A stretch of 49,780 nt of DNA from an uncultured bacterium (GTDB lineage: Bacteria; Armatimonadota; HRBIN16). Location: positions 1 through 49,780 of the forward strand of contig CAKZNX010000162.1 of assembly GCA_937132045.1 (NCBI GenBank). Reading direction: 5' to 3'. Numbering within the stretch: position 1 is the stretch's first letter; each line of letters begins with the position of its first letter. Position numbers and translations under genes: made by a program. Below the pieces are notes generated by a model. The model did not search any database. It was given only the letters and a program-made list of their open reading frames with translations, and was not told where the DNA came from. Positions 8,103 through 16,761 of the stretch are shown in pieces.

Positions 8103-10982
8103 TCACTCCCGACGCTTGCGGTGCTTTTTGCCGCCGCGTCGTCTGCGTTTCCTAATGGTGCTGGCGCCAGCAGTTTCAGCCATTGTCTCTCCGGTGCGCT
8201 CCGGCAGAGACACTCCCAGCGCGGTCAGCTGCTCGTAGCTGCCCACCACATAGAGACCCGTTTGTCCCGTGCGCATGTTCAGGCGCAGATTCGATGCATC
8301 CTCAGCCAGAAGGCGACCTTCCGTGAGGTCGTACACAACCTGACGCTGTGGTAACTGCAGATGCACCACCCCATCCCCCACCGAGTGAACGGCGATGAAC
8401 GGGGGAGCCACACGAACCGCATCACTGCTCTGCGACCAGACGTGCACCCCTGCGAACCGACATAGCCCGCGCACGAGGTCTACCGTCAACTGTCGCTCTC
8501 CGATGAACACCGAGCGCCAGTTACCCATGTCCTTCACCGCGATGGACGGCAGTCCCGTCTGCAGGTATTCGCCCAGCACCGTTACCTTCTCGTCCAGCAC
8601 GTAGAAAGACGGATTGACCCTCTCGCGCACACCGATCTGCTTATTGCGCAGGCGTTCGGTGATGGGATGCCGGTCGTTGCTGATGATGGAACCCGTCTCG
8701 CTGTTCCATGGCTGCGCCTTAATCGCGATGCCAGCCACGTCGCGCGGTCCGTCGGACGTGTAGCCGTTCTCGTCGTATAGCGCCACGGCATACAGCCACA
8801 CGAGCACTTTGCCGTCGCGATGAAGGCGTTCACGGATCGCCTCGCGCACGTCACCGCTCACTTCGATAGGGTTCAGGAACAGGTACACTTTCGCCTCAGG
8901 GAAGGCTTTACGTGTCAGGTCGCTCTGCAGGTAGATGCCGTAGTGAATACCTGCTCGCGCCAGCACTTCCTGTTGTTGCAGAACGAGCGGTTCGAGCAGT
9001 GCTGTTGGCGATTGGATGCGCGTCAGGCTGTGTTCGTCCACGATCACAGCCACCTCGGGCGCTTCAGGCAGCCTGCCCCGGATATGCGGTAGATACAGCT
9101 CGCGCAGTCGCTGAGCCATCTGCCAGAGCTCGTTGTCCTCTGCCCAACCCTCGCCCCACAGGTCCATCCAGGCGATGCCGGCATGGTGCGTCAGCGCTGT
9201 GGTGCAGTTACGCAGGCGGACGTTGCGCGTCGCTTCTGCGTCGCTACAGCGCGGGTTGTAGTCGTCTGGCGTGGTGTTCTGGGAGGTGTGCGGTTTGGTG
9301 TCGTCCTCCAGCACGAACAGCTTGCCGCGCAGCCTCACCGAGGCAACTGGCACGGGAACACTGCCGGGCTGTGTGGGGCGACGGTCGCGGTAGGATACCG
9401 GCGCGCAAATCAGGTCGATGCTCTGTGCCGAAAGCACCTCCGAAAGCGCGAGGTGCCCGCTGTGAGGCACCGGAAAGTCCAGCAGGTAGCCGTACGAAAC
9501 CGCCACCAGACGCCGGTTCTCAGAGTTCCTCTTGACCGTGCGAGACAGCGTGATGATGCGCCGGGCAATCACGTCCGAGGCAAATCGCAGGTAGTCCACG
9601 TAGCGCTGTCCCCGGCGATACTCGTAAAGCACGGTCGGCGGGTTGCTAACGGCGTGGTAGGTAGGGACGCTGGCGCTCGTGAAGGTGACGGAGCCATCAT
9701 GCCACGATGCCCTCAGCGCTACGAGGTCGTTCTTGTATCGGGCACGAAGCCACTGCCGAAAAGCCTCCTGTGCCGCGGGGCTGTAGTCGTAGCCACGCTG
9801 GAACTCGTAGAACCACTCCTGGCAGTCCAGATGATAGCCGATGATGCTGCGCGCCTCTTCCGACACCTCCAGATGGCGAACCAGCAGGGTGAGTGCCGCC
9901 TCCGCCTCCTGCCAGTAGCGTTCCGAGGCAAAGGACGGGTCGCCCGTAGAGCCATCGGCGTAGGTGGTCATTGCTTCTGGATAGAGCTTCTGCCAGTCGG
10001 GCGGCGGGCTAAATACGACACGAAACATCAGGTAGCCGTTGGGGTCGTTCTGTCGCACCAGATGCAGGAGGCGCAAGGCTTCGGTCACGCCGTGCGATAC
10101 CATCGGCACCGATACCGGCAGGTCCAGCAGGAGGCTGTGCAGATGCACGCCGGCGGACGCGGCTTGGCGGATTTGCTCGCACACACGCTTCTCGGAAGCG
10201 GCTGTGTCGATGTTGCCGAAAAAGAAGAGAGGCGCAACCGGCTCGTCGTCGATGATGATTTCGGGATGTCCCTGCCGGATACCAAGACGAACCCCTTCGC
10301 GCCTCCTCCTGCGTTGATCGGGCTGTTCCTCCTCTGCTAGCGCGGTCTCCTCCACCGGGCCTTCCTCAGCAGTGCGCCGGGCACGCCTCCGGCGCTTCGG
10401 TGGTGCTGTCACAGCTTCCTGTACCGTCACCACTGCTTCCGGTTCCTCAGGAACCACCTCCGGCACGGGCGTCTCGGTCAGGTCAACAGCGGACGGCTGT
10501 TCCTGAGCCTGTGGAGTCGGTGTTGCCGCTTCCTCTGGAGCCACCACCACGCTTGCTCCGGTCACCGCCGTTTTCGCCCGCCTGCGTGTGCTGCTGCGCC
10601 GGCGCCGTGTGGTCTTCGGAGCCTCCTCCACGGCAGCTTCCGGAGGCGATTCGGCAATCGCCATCTCCGCAGGCACCGGAATCTCGGATGGGGAAGTTTC
10701 GGCGGGTTCCAGCATGGCAACAGCAACAGACGGAGGTTCTTCTACAGCAGGAGATTCCGCCGCCGTACCCTCCGCGGGCGACCCTGCTTCTTCTGCCTGC
10801 TTACGGCGGGTGGTTCGGCGTCGTCTTCGTGGTGTTTCAGCGGCGGAAGGTTCCGCCTGTTCTGACTGACCTGATTCGGCAGGCACGTTCGCCTGCGACT
10901 GCCCTTCAGGCTCGGCCAGGGATGAGGGTGATTCGGTCGGAGCGGCGCCTTCAGGCGCCGTGCGTCGTCGACGTGGCGGCAT
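8103..10982 (-). CDS. GH42-like (clan GH-A) glycoside hydrolase with a ~230-aa disordered acidic/Arg-cluster N-terminus and a basic C-tail
   Basis: SFASERYW, IIGYHLDCQEWFY, DYSPAAQEAFRQWLRARY..LRASW, FVLEDD, PEVAVIVDE (trimerisation-like domain); N-terminus rich in E/P/A/T with poly-Arg runs. Confidence 0.75.
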   Translation of the reverse strand: MPPRRRRTAPEGAAPTESPSSLAEPEGQSQANVPAESGQSEQAEPSAAETPRRRRRTTRRKQAEEAGSPAEGTAAESPAVEEPPSVAVAMLEPAETSPSEIPVPAEMAIAESPPEAAVEEAPKTTRRRRSSTRRRAKTAVTGASVVVAPEEAATPTPQAQEQPSAVDLTETPVPEVVPEEPEAVVTVQEAVTAPPKRRRRARRTAEEGPVEETALAEEEQPDQRRRRREGVRLGIRQGHPEIIIDDEPVAPLFFFGNIDTAASEKRVCEQIRQAASAGVHLHSLLLDLPVSVPMVSHGVTEALRLLHLVRQNDPNGYLMFRVVFSPPPDWQKLYPEAMTTYADGSTGDPSFASERYWQEAEAALTLLVRHLEVSEEARSIIGYHLDCQEWFYEFQRGYDYSPAAQEAFRQWLRARYKNDLVALRASWHDGSVTFTSASVPTYHAVSNPPTVLYEYRRGQRYVDYLRFASDVIARRIITLSRTVKRNSENRRLVAVSYGYLLDFPVPHSGHLALSEVLSAQSIDLICAPVSYRDRRPTQPGSVPVPVASVRLRGKLFVLEDDTKPHTSQNTTPDDYNPRCSDAEATRNVRLRNCTTALTHHAGIAWMDLWGEGWAEDNELWQMAQRLRELYLPHIRGRLPEAPEVAVIVDEHSLTRIQSPTALLEPLVLQQQEVLARAGIHYGIYLQSDLTRKAFPEAKVYLFLNPIEVSGDVREAIRERLHRDGKVLVWLYAVALYDENGYTSDGPRDVAGIAIKAQPWNSETGSIISNDRHPITERLRNKQIGVRERVNPSFYVLDEKVTVLGEYLQTGLPSIAVKDMGNWRSVFIGERQLTVDLVRGLCRFAGVHVWSQSSDAVRVAPPFIAVHSVGDGVVHLQLPQRQVVYDLTEGRLLAEDASNLRLNMRTGQTGLYVVGSYEQLTALGVSLPERTGETMAETAGASTIRKRRRRGGKKHRKRRE

Positions 10983-11011
10983 TTTGTCCAGCAGCCTCCT
11001 CTATCTCACGG

Positions 11012-11734
11012 CTATTCGCTTGCCGTGGGGATGCTGACACCTGCCACCTCAGACGGTGCGCGCCGCGCCATACTTCGGAAAAACTCGCGCAGTTGAGCGG
11101 GTTCCCTGAACAGCCAGTCGGGTGCTTCCGCGCGCAACATCTCCGTCGGATGCGCTCCCCAACCGACCGCGATGACCCTGACGCCTGCTTCACGCGCACA
11201 GTGGATGTCGTACACCGTGTCGCCGACAAATACCGCTTCCTCAGGCAATGCATTCAGACGCTCCAGCGCTACCAGAACCGGGTCGGGCGCCGGTTTGGGA
11301 CGAGCCACATCGGACGCGCTGACCACCACGTCCACCCAGCCGTTCACGTTGAGCCGTGGCAGGAAAGTTTCCAGCTCCACCCGGTTCTTTGAGGTGACCA
11401 GCGCAGTGCGAAGCCCGGCTTCCCTGGCGTGCTTCAGTGCCTGCACCGCTTCGGGGATGATCCGCTCCAGATGCTGATGCGACTCGTAATAGGCGATTTC
11501 GTCCGCCTCCATCGCGCGGTGGTCCGGAACAAAGCCCACCAGATGGTCAAACAGACGCACCTGCCGGTGCAGGGGAAGCCCGATAGTGCGACGCAATTCG
11601 TCCCGAGAAATCTGCACTCCCAGATGTTTGCGGAAGGTATGGTCTAAGGCACGGACGATCAAGTCCACGGTGTCGACCAGTGTGCCGTCTATATCGAACA
11701 GCGCGCAACGAAAAGGTGGCTGTGTCGCTGTCAA
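11012..11734 (-). CDS. HAD-IA family phosphatase (PpaX/phosphoglycolate phosphatase-like)
   Basis: FDIDGTLVDT, LVTSK, KPAPDP, VGDTVYD motifs; TTG start after GAGGAG. Confidence 0.9.
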   Translation of the reverse strand: MTATQPPFRCALFDIDGTLVDTVDLIVRALDHTFRKHLGVQISRDELRRTIGLPLHRQVRLFDHLVGFVPDHRAMEADEIAYYESHQHLERIIPEAVQALKHAREAGLRTALVTSKNRVELETFLPRLNVNGWVDVVVSASDVARPKPAPDPVLVALERLNALPEEAVFVGDTVYDIHCAREAGVRVIAVGWGAHPTEMLRAEAPDWLFREPAQLREFFRSMARRAPSEVAGVSIPTASE

Positions 11735-11786
11735 TGCACTCCTCAATCAGCAAAGGGATAATGATTCAAAGGCTCTATCCGTGTGC

Positions 11787-11816
11787 ATTATACGGGCAAA
11801 GGCGCTTCTTTGTCAA
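11787..11816 (-). promoter_or_regulatory. sigma70 promoter for the HAD/GH42-like genes
   Basis: Minus strand TTGACA-18 nt-TATAAT. Confidence 0.75.
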
Positions 11817-11824
11817 CGTCGGGT

Positions 11825-11854
11825 TTGACAACACGACCGCTATCGGGATAGAAT
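11825..11854 (+). promoter_or_regulatory. sigma70 promoter for transketolase
   Basis: TTGACA-18 nt-TAGAAT. Confidence 0.7.
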
Positions 11855-11887
11855 ATCCCTCGAACCTATCTGCAGGAGGTCGGTGCA

Positions 11888-12718
11888 TTGGTCACGTCGG
11901 ACGTCTCTCTGAAGCAACTGGAAAGAACAGCACGCAAGCTGCGCCGGCACATCGTGAAGATGCTGGCAATTGCAGGAAGTGGACATCCGGGCGGCTCCCT
12001 CTCCGCCATTGATATTCTGACCGCCCTTTTTTTCGGCAACGTTATGCGCTACAACCCCCAGAATCCGCGCTGGGAAGACCGCGACCGCTTCATCCTCAGT
12101 AAAGGACATGCTGTGCCCGCACTGTATGCGGTGCTTGCAGAGGCGGGATTCATTCCCGAGGAGTGGCTGTGGCAGCTGCGCAAGATCGACACGCCGATGC
12201 AGGGACATCCCTCGGTGAAGGACCTTCCGGCTGTGGAGGCTTCGACGGGCAGCCTGGGACAGGGACTGAGCATCGGTTTGGGAATGGCGCTGGCGGCGCG
12301 CATCGACGGCAAGCCCTATCGGGTGTATGTGATGATCGGTGATGGCGAGTCGGAAGAAGGGCAGGTGTGGGAGGCGGCGATGGCAGCATCCCACTTCCAC
12401 GCAGGCAACCTGACGGCGATACTGGACTACAACCACTATCAGCTGGACGGCGCTATCGGTGAGATTATGAGCATCGAGCCGGTCGTGTCGAAGTGGGAAG
12501 CGTTCGGCTGGGCGGTGCGTGAGATCGACGGGCACGATATGAAGCAGATTCTGGACGCTCTGCACTGGGCACGAGAGACGCGGGAACAGCCTTCCATCAT
12601 TGTAGCGCACACGGTCAAGGGTAAGGGCGTATCTTTCATGGAGGGCAACAACGAATTTCACGGCAAAGCGCCCACACAGTCGGAACTGGAACAGGCGCTG
12701 GCGGAACTCGCTGATTGA
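11888..12718 (+). CDS. Transketolase, N-terminal (TPP-binding) subunit
   Basis: SGHPGGSLS, DRFILSKGHA, STGSLGQG, GDGESEEGQVWEA. Confidence 0.95.
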   Translation: MVTSDVSLKQLERTARKLRRHIVKMLAIAGSGHPGGSLSAIDILTALFFGNVMRYNPQNPRWEDRDRFILSKGHAVPALYAVLAEAGFIPEEWLWQLRKIDTPMQGHPSVKDLPAVEASTGSLGQGLSIGLGMALAARIDGKPYRVYVMIGDGESEEGQVWEAAMAASHFHAGNLTAILDYNHYQLDGAIGEIMSIEPVVSKWEAFGWAVREIDGHDMKQILDALHWARETREQPSIIVAHTVKGKGVSFMEGNNEFHGKAPTQSELEQALAELAD

Positions 12719-12731
12719 GGAAGAGGAGGAA

Positions 12732-13697
12732 GTGACAATGGCAAGACCGCTGGGTGAAGCTACCCGTGAAGCATACGGCAAGGCGCTGGCAGAACTGGGA
12801 CGTGAGAACCCGAACATCGTGGTGCTGGACGGAGACCTGTCCAAGTCCACGATGACCAAATACTTCGCGCAGGAGTTCCCCGGTCGCTTCTTCAACGTGG
12901 GTATCGCCGAAGCAAACATGGTGGGAGTCGCGGCTGGACTGGCTGCGGCAGGCAAGGTTGCATTCGCCTCCAGCTTCGCCTGTTTCGTGATGTGCAAGGG
13001 GTTTGATCAGTTGCGGCTGGCGGTTGCGTACAGCGACAACAATGTGAAAATCGTGGGCACGCACGGCGGAATCTCCATCGGAGAGGACGGGGTATCGCAA
13101 ATGGGACACGAGGACATCGGTCTGGCGCTGTCCCTGCCCGGATTCGTGGTCATGGTTCCTGCCGACGGAGCGCAGACACGCGCGGCGGTGCGCGCAGCAG
13201 CCGAGCACATCGGACCAGTGTATATCCGCGTCGGTCGTCCGAAGGCACCAATCGTGTACGAGAACGGCTGTCCAGATTTCCAGATTGGCAAAGCCATCAT
13301 GCTGCGAGATGGGCGTGACGTGACCCTCATCGCCAACGGACTGATGGTGGCTGCGGCGCTGGACGCTGCCGAAATGCTGGAGCAAGACGGGGTGTCGGCG
13401 CGCGTGCTGGATATGCACACGGTACGTCCACTGGACGAAGAGGCGGTGGAAAAGGCAGCTCGTGAGACGGGCGCGATTGTTGTTGCCGAGGAGCACCTGC
13501 TTCACACCGGGCTGGCGTCGCAGGTGGCGATGGCTGTCGCGCGACTGCACCCGGTTCCGATGCGGTACGTAGGCTTGACGCAATACGCCGAGTCGGGGGC
13601 TCCTGACGCGCTGATGCGCAAATATGGTTTGACTGGCGAGAACATTGCCCGCGAGGCGCTGGAGATTGTCCGCTCGCGCGCCAGCTCGGTTGTCTGA
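12732..13697 (+). CDS. Transketolase, C-terminal subunit
   Basis: TREAYG, GIAEANM, GEDGVSQ, GPVYIR, VAEEH. Confidence 0.95.
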   Translation: MTMARPLGEATREAYGKALAELGRENPNIVVLDGDLSKSTMTKYFAQEFPGRFFNVGIAEANMVGVAAGLAAAGKVAFASSFACFVMCKGFDQLRLAVAYSDNNVKIVGTHGGISIGEDGVSQMGHEDIGLALSLPGFVVMVPADGAQTRAAVRAAAEHIGPVYIRVGRPKAPIVYENGCPDFQIGKAIMLRDGRDVTLIANGLMVAAALDAAEMLEQDGVSARVLDMHTVRPLDEEAVEKAARETGAIVVAEEHLLHTGLASQVAMAVARLHPVPMRYVGLTQYAESGAPDALMRKYGLTGENIAREALEIVRSRASSVV

Positions 13698-13715
13698 GCA
13701 CAGATTTCCATAGAC

Positions 13716-13746
13716 AGAGGCAATTCGCTATCGGCGGATTGCCTCT
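13716..13746 (+). terminator. Putative intrinsic terminator
   Basis: agaggcaattcgc-tatcg-gcggattgcctct followed by cactcttt. Confidence 0.65.
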
Positions 13747-13864
13747 CACTCTTTGCTACGGGCGAAAAAACCGCTAACTTTACCAGATACACCATCTTGC
13801 CAAAACTGCAGAAACGTGCGAAAATATACTGCCTCTGATGAGGGGGCGAAGGGAGAGGGTGGCT

Positions 13865-15739
13865 ATGCGACGAAGCGTCATCATACTTATCGCATCGGTC
13901 GCGTATCTGGCGGGCGGGGTTTTCGCTCAAGTTGCGCGCCTTCCCGAGCCTTTGCCGTCTCCGCAATCTGTGGTCTGGGTCTTTTTGAAAGAACAACCCA
14001 TGGCGGAGAGCGCCGAGCGCTGGCAGCCCCTTCTGCGAAGCGGGCTCGAGGAGATCGACCTGACGTTGCGCGCACTCGCCAGTAACCCGATGATAGCGCC
14101 CGATGCACTGGCAGGCGCACATCTCGCCGCGCAGATGCAGAGCGCGGAAACGCTGAAGGCGTACCGACAGACGGTGTTTGCGGAGAGCCAGTATCGCCTG
14201 ACGCTGTCGCAGTGGATCATGAAACTTCGCATGGCGCGCCTTGGCGGTAGCGTGCTCGGACACGTGCCTTTTGTGAACGCCTTCGCGGTGAGCGTTCCGG
14301 CGTCACGTGTGCGCGAGTTGCAGTCACTGCCTGAGGTAGCAATCGTCTGGCAGCCTCCTGTGTTGAGAGCGCTTCTGGACGTCTCGACGCCGACGCTGTT
14401 TGCCCCTGCCGTCTGGGACGAGGGCTATACCGCCCCCACCTGGGCGGTTGCGATCATGGACACAGGTGTGAATTCCACCCACACCGCCCTGCGCAACCGA
14501 ACGTGGATTATTCCCAACCGTACCGTGCCGGGTATCGGTAGTGGGATACGCGCTTTTCATGATTACGGCAGACTGGATAAGGACGCCAGCGGCAATCCCG
14601 TGTACAACGACGACTACATGAGCGCAGCAGACCTGCACGGACACGGCACACAGGTATCCGGAGCGGCACTGGCGAACAGCACCTCCCGCAAGGGAGTAGC
14701 TGCCTTCGCAGGATATGGCATGATACTGAAAGCAGGCTATCGCACCACCACTGGCGGCGGTAGCATGAACGCAGCGGACGCGCTCATTGCGCTGGACTGG
14801 GCAGCGCGGCTGGCTCCGCTTCCAACCGGCGTGGGACTGGCTGGCATCAATTTCAGCTTCGGAGGCGCCACCAGCGTGGATGACGATATCCTGACGCAGG
14901 CGTTCGACGCGTTCATTTACACCTATCAGATACCGCTGTCTATCGCGGCGGGAAACGGCGGCGGCACCCAGCGGACGTTGTATACCCCCGCGCCCTGTTA
15001 TAACGGCATTGCGGTGGCTGGTTCCGATGACCGCAACACGTTGACCCGCACTGACGATATCATCGCAGGCTTTAGCAGCCGCGGTCCCACTGTTGCTGGG
15101 CGGAAGAAACCGGACGTCACTACGCCGGCTGCAAACATCACCACCACTACCGGCTCGGGCAGCAGCTTCTCAGCGGCCAGCGGCACCAGCATCGCGGCAC
15201 CGCACGTGACCGGAGCGCTGGCATTGCTGCACGACGTTGGGGTGCACGATCCCCTGCTGCTAAAAGCGGTTCTGATCAACAGCGCGGAGGACCGCGGTGA
15301 TGCTGGCTGGGACCGCATGTGGGGCTGGGGGTATGTAGACCTGCGCTCTGCGATGCGACACATCATCAACCGACAGTACGCTATCGGGTCGGTCACCCCG
15401 GCAGGCACCGGCGGCAGTATTGCCACCTTCCGCACACGTCTGCCAGCGGGCGGCAAGGTCACGCTGGTATGGCACCGGCACGCTGGCTTCTCGGCATCGT
15501 CAGGTTACTCCTATCTGCGTGCCCTAGCGAATCTGAAACTGACCCTGATCGATGAGAGCACGGGAGCAACCATCGGTGTGTCCGATTCGACCATAGACAA
15601 CGTTCAGCAGGTGGTGGCGCCTGTTGCCTATTCGCGGGTGCTTGTGCGAGTGGAAGCGACCAGTGGCTTTGACCAGTACGCCGCCGAGCCTTTCGCTCTC
15701 GCAAGCAGTGGCGTTCTGGTGCCGGTTAGCAGCCCTTAA
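13865..15739 (+). CDS. Secreted S8 (subtilisin-like) serine peptidase
   Basis: Signal peptide; triad motifs IMDTG, HGHGT, GTSIAAPH; AAGN oxyanion motif. Confidence 0.9.
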   Translation: MRRSVIILIASVAYLAGGVFAQVARLPEPLPSPQSVVWVFLKEQPMAESAERWQPLLRSGLEEIDLTLRALASNPMIAPDALAGAHLAAQMQSAETLKAYRQTVFAESQYRLTLSQWIMKLRMARLGGSVLGHVPFVNAFAVSVPASRVRELQSLPEVAIVWQPPVLRALLDVSTPTLFAPAVWDEGYTAPTWAVAIMDTGVNSTHTALRNRTWIIPNRTVPGIGSGIRAFHDYGRLDKDASGNPVYNDDYMSAADLHGHGTQVSGAALANSTSRKGVAAFAGYGMILKAGYRTTTGGGSMNAADALIALDWAARLAPLPTGVGLAGINFSFGGATSVDDDILTQAFDAFIYTYQIPLSIAAGNGGGTQRTLYTPAPCYNGIAVAGSDDRNTLTRTDDIIAGFSSRGPTVAGRKKPDVTTPAANITTTTGSGSSFSAASGTSIAAPHVTGALALLHDVGVHDPLLLKAVLINSAEDRGDAGWDRMWGWGYVDLRSAMRHIINRQYAIGSVTPAGTGGSIATFRTRLPAGGKVTLVWHRHAGFSASSGYSYLRALANLKLTLIDESTGATIGVSDSTIDNVQQVVAPVAYSRVLVRVEATSGFDQYAAEPFALASSGVLVPVSSP

Positions 15740-15824
15740 TCTGTCGAAAGCACGAATCTTGGACGAACAGATAGGGGGACATCCGTATGGGAGTCTCCCC
15801 AACGAAGGAGGAAAGCAGAGAAAC

Positions 15825-16745
15825 ATGAGAATCTGGTGGATAGCGTTACTCCTGATAACTATCAACGCGATAGCGTTTGCGCAGGACACCTACCGCATTC
15901 AGCGCGACGACGTGTTGCAGATCACGGTAGTGGAAGACCCGAACCTGAGTCGGGAGACTGTGGTGGCTCAGGACGGCACCATCAACCTGCCAGTCATCGG
16001 CTCGATCACTGTGCGCGGGCTGACCACCGGTGAGCTGGCGCAGAAAATCCGCGAGGCGCTCATCGAGGCGCAGTACCTGAAGGACCCGCACGTCAGCGTG
16101 AGCATCCGCGTGATCAACCGTCCACGGGTGGCGGTGCTGGGCATGGTGCAGCGCCCGGGCACGTACGAGTTCAAAGAGGGCGAGACGGTGATGCACGCCA
16201 TCTCGATGGCAGGCAGCTTTGACCCGGACCGCGCGCGCCTTCAGGATGCCCTGCTTCGCCGAAAGCGACCGGACGGCACCGAGGAAACCATCCCGCTTGA
16301 CCTTGAAAAGCTGTTTTTCAAGGGCGACCTCAGCCAGAACTATCGACTGAACCCGGATGACGTTATCTTCATTCCGGAAGATGTGGTCAACCGTGTTTAT
16401 GTGCTCGGCAGGGTAGCGCGTCCCGGGCTCTACCCGTGGAAGAACAGCACCACCGTGCTGGAGGCTATTAACCGCGCCGGCGGACAGCAGGAACGCGGCA
16501 CCCTGAGCAAAGTATATATCATCCGCGCGAACCCCGATGCCCCTGATAAGCCTCAGCGCATCGTGGTGAACCTGCTCAAGCTGATTGACAAGGGCGATAC
16601 CAGTCAGGACATTGCCCTTCAGCCCGGTGACACGGTATACGTTCCCGAAGTGAAGAGACCCGACTGGAACCAGATTTACAGCTTCGTGGCGACCATCGGG
16701 TTGACGCGCAACATCCTGCTCAACAGGTCATTCTACAGGTATTAA
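15825..16745 (+). CDS. Polysaccharide export protein (Wza/OPX-like, SLBB repeats)
   Basis: YRIQRDDVLQITV..DGTINLPVIGSI..GLT; two V.VLG.V.RPG.Y SLBB repeats; AGGAGG RBS; signal peptide without a lipobox. Confidence 0.9.
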   Translation: MRIWWIALLLITINAIAFAQDTYRIQRDDVLQITVVEDPNLSRETVVAQDGTINLPVIGSITVRGLTTGELAQKIREALIEAQYLKDPHVSVSIRVINRPRVAVLGMVQRPGTYEFKEGETVMHAISMAGSFDPDRARLQDALLRRKRPDGTEETIPLDLEKLFFKGDLSQNYRLNPDDVIFIPEDVVNRVYVLGRVARPGLYPWKNSTTVLEAINRAGGQQERGTLSKVYIIRANPDAPDKPQRIVVNLLKLIDKGDTSQDIALQPGDTVYVPEVKRPDWNQIYSFVATIGLTRNILLNRSFYRY

Positions 16746-16761
16746 AGGAGGCGATCTGCAA

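Noticed and set aside
11840..13583. Long minus-strand ORFs (385 and 315 aa)
   Set aside because: Shadows of the transketolase subunits
11888..13697. Transketolase in two ORFs as a possible frameshift or pseudogene
   Set aside because: Two-subunit transketolases are common, and the second gene has its own RBS
13835..13862. G-rich tract as a third copy of the repeat (also 7085-7120)
   Set aside because: Similarity is short and low-complexity, with no terminal repeats
15740..15824. Possible c-di-GMP riboswitch upstream of wza
   Set aside because: Only a GAAA-containing stretch and an imperfect hairpin; no GEMM consensus
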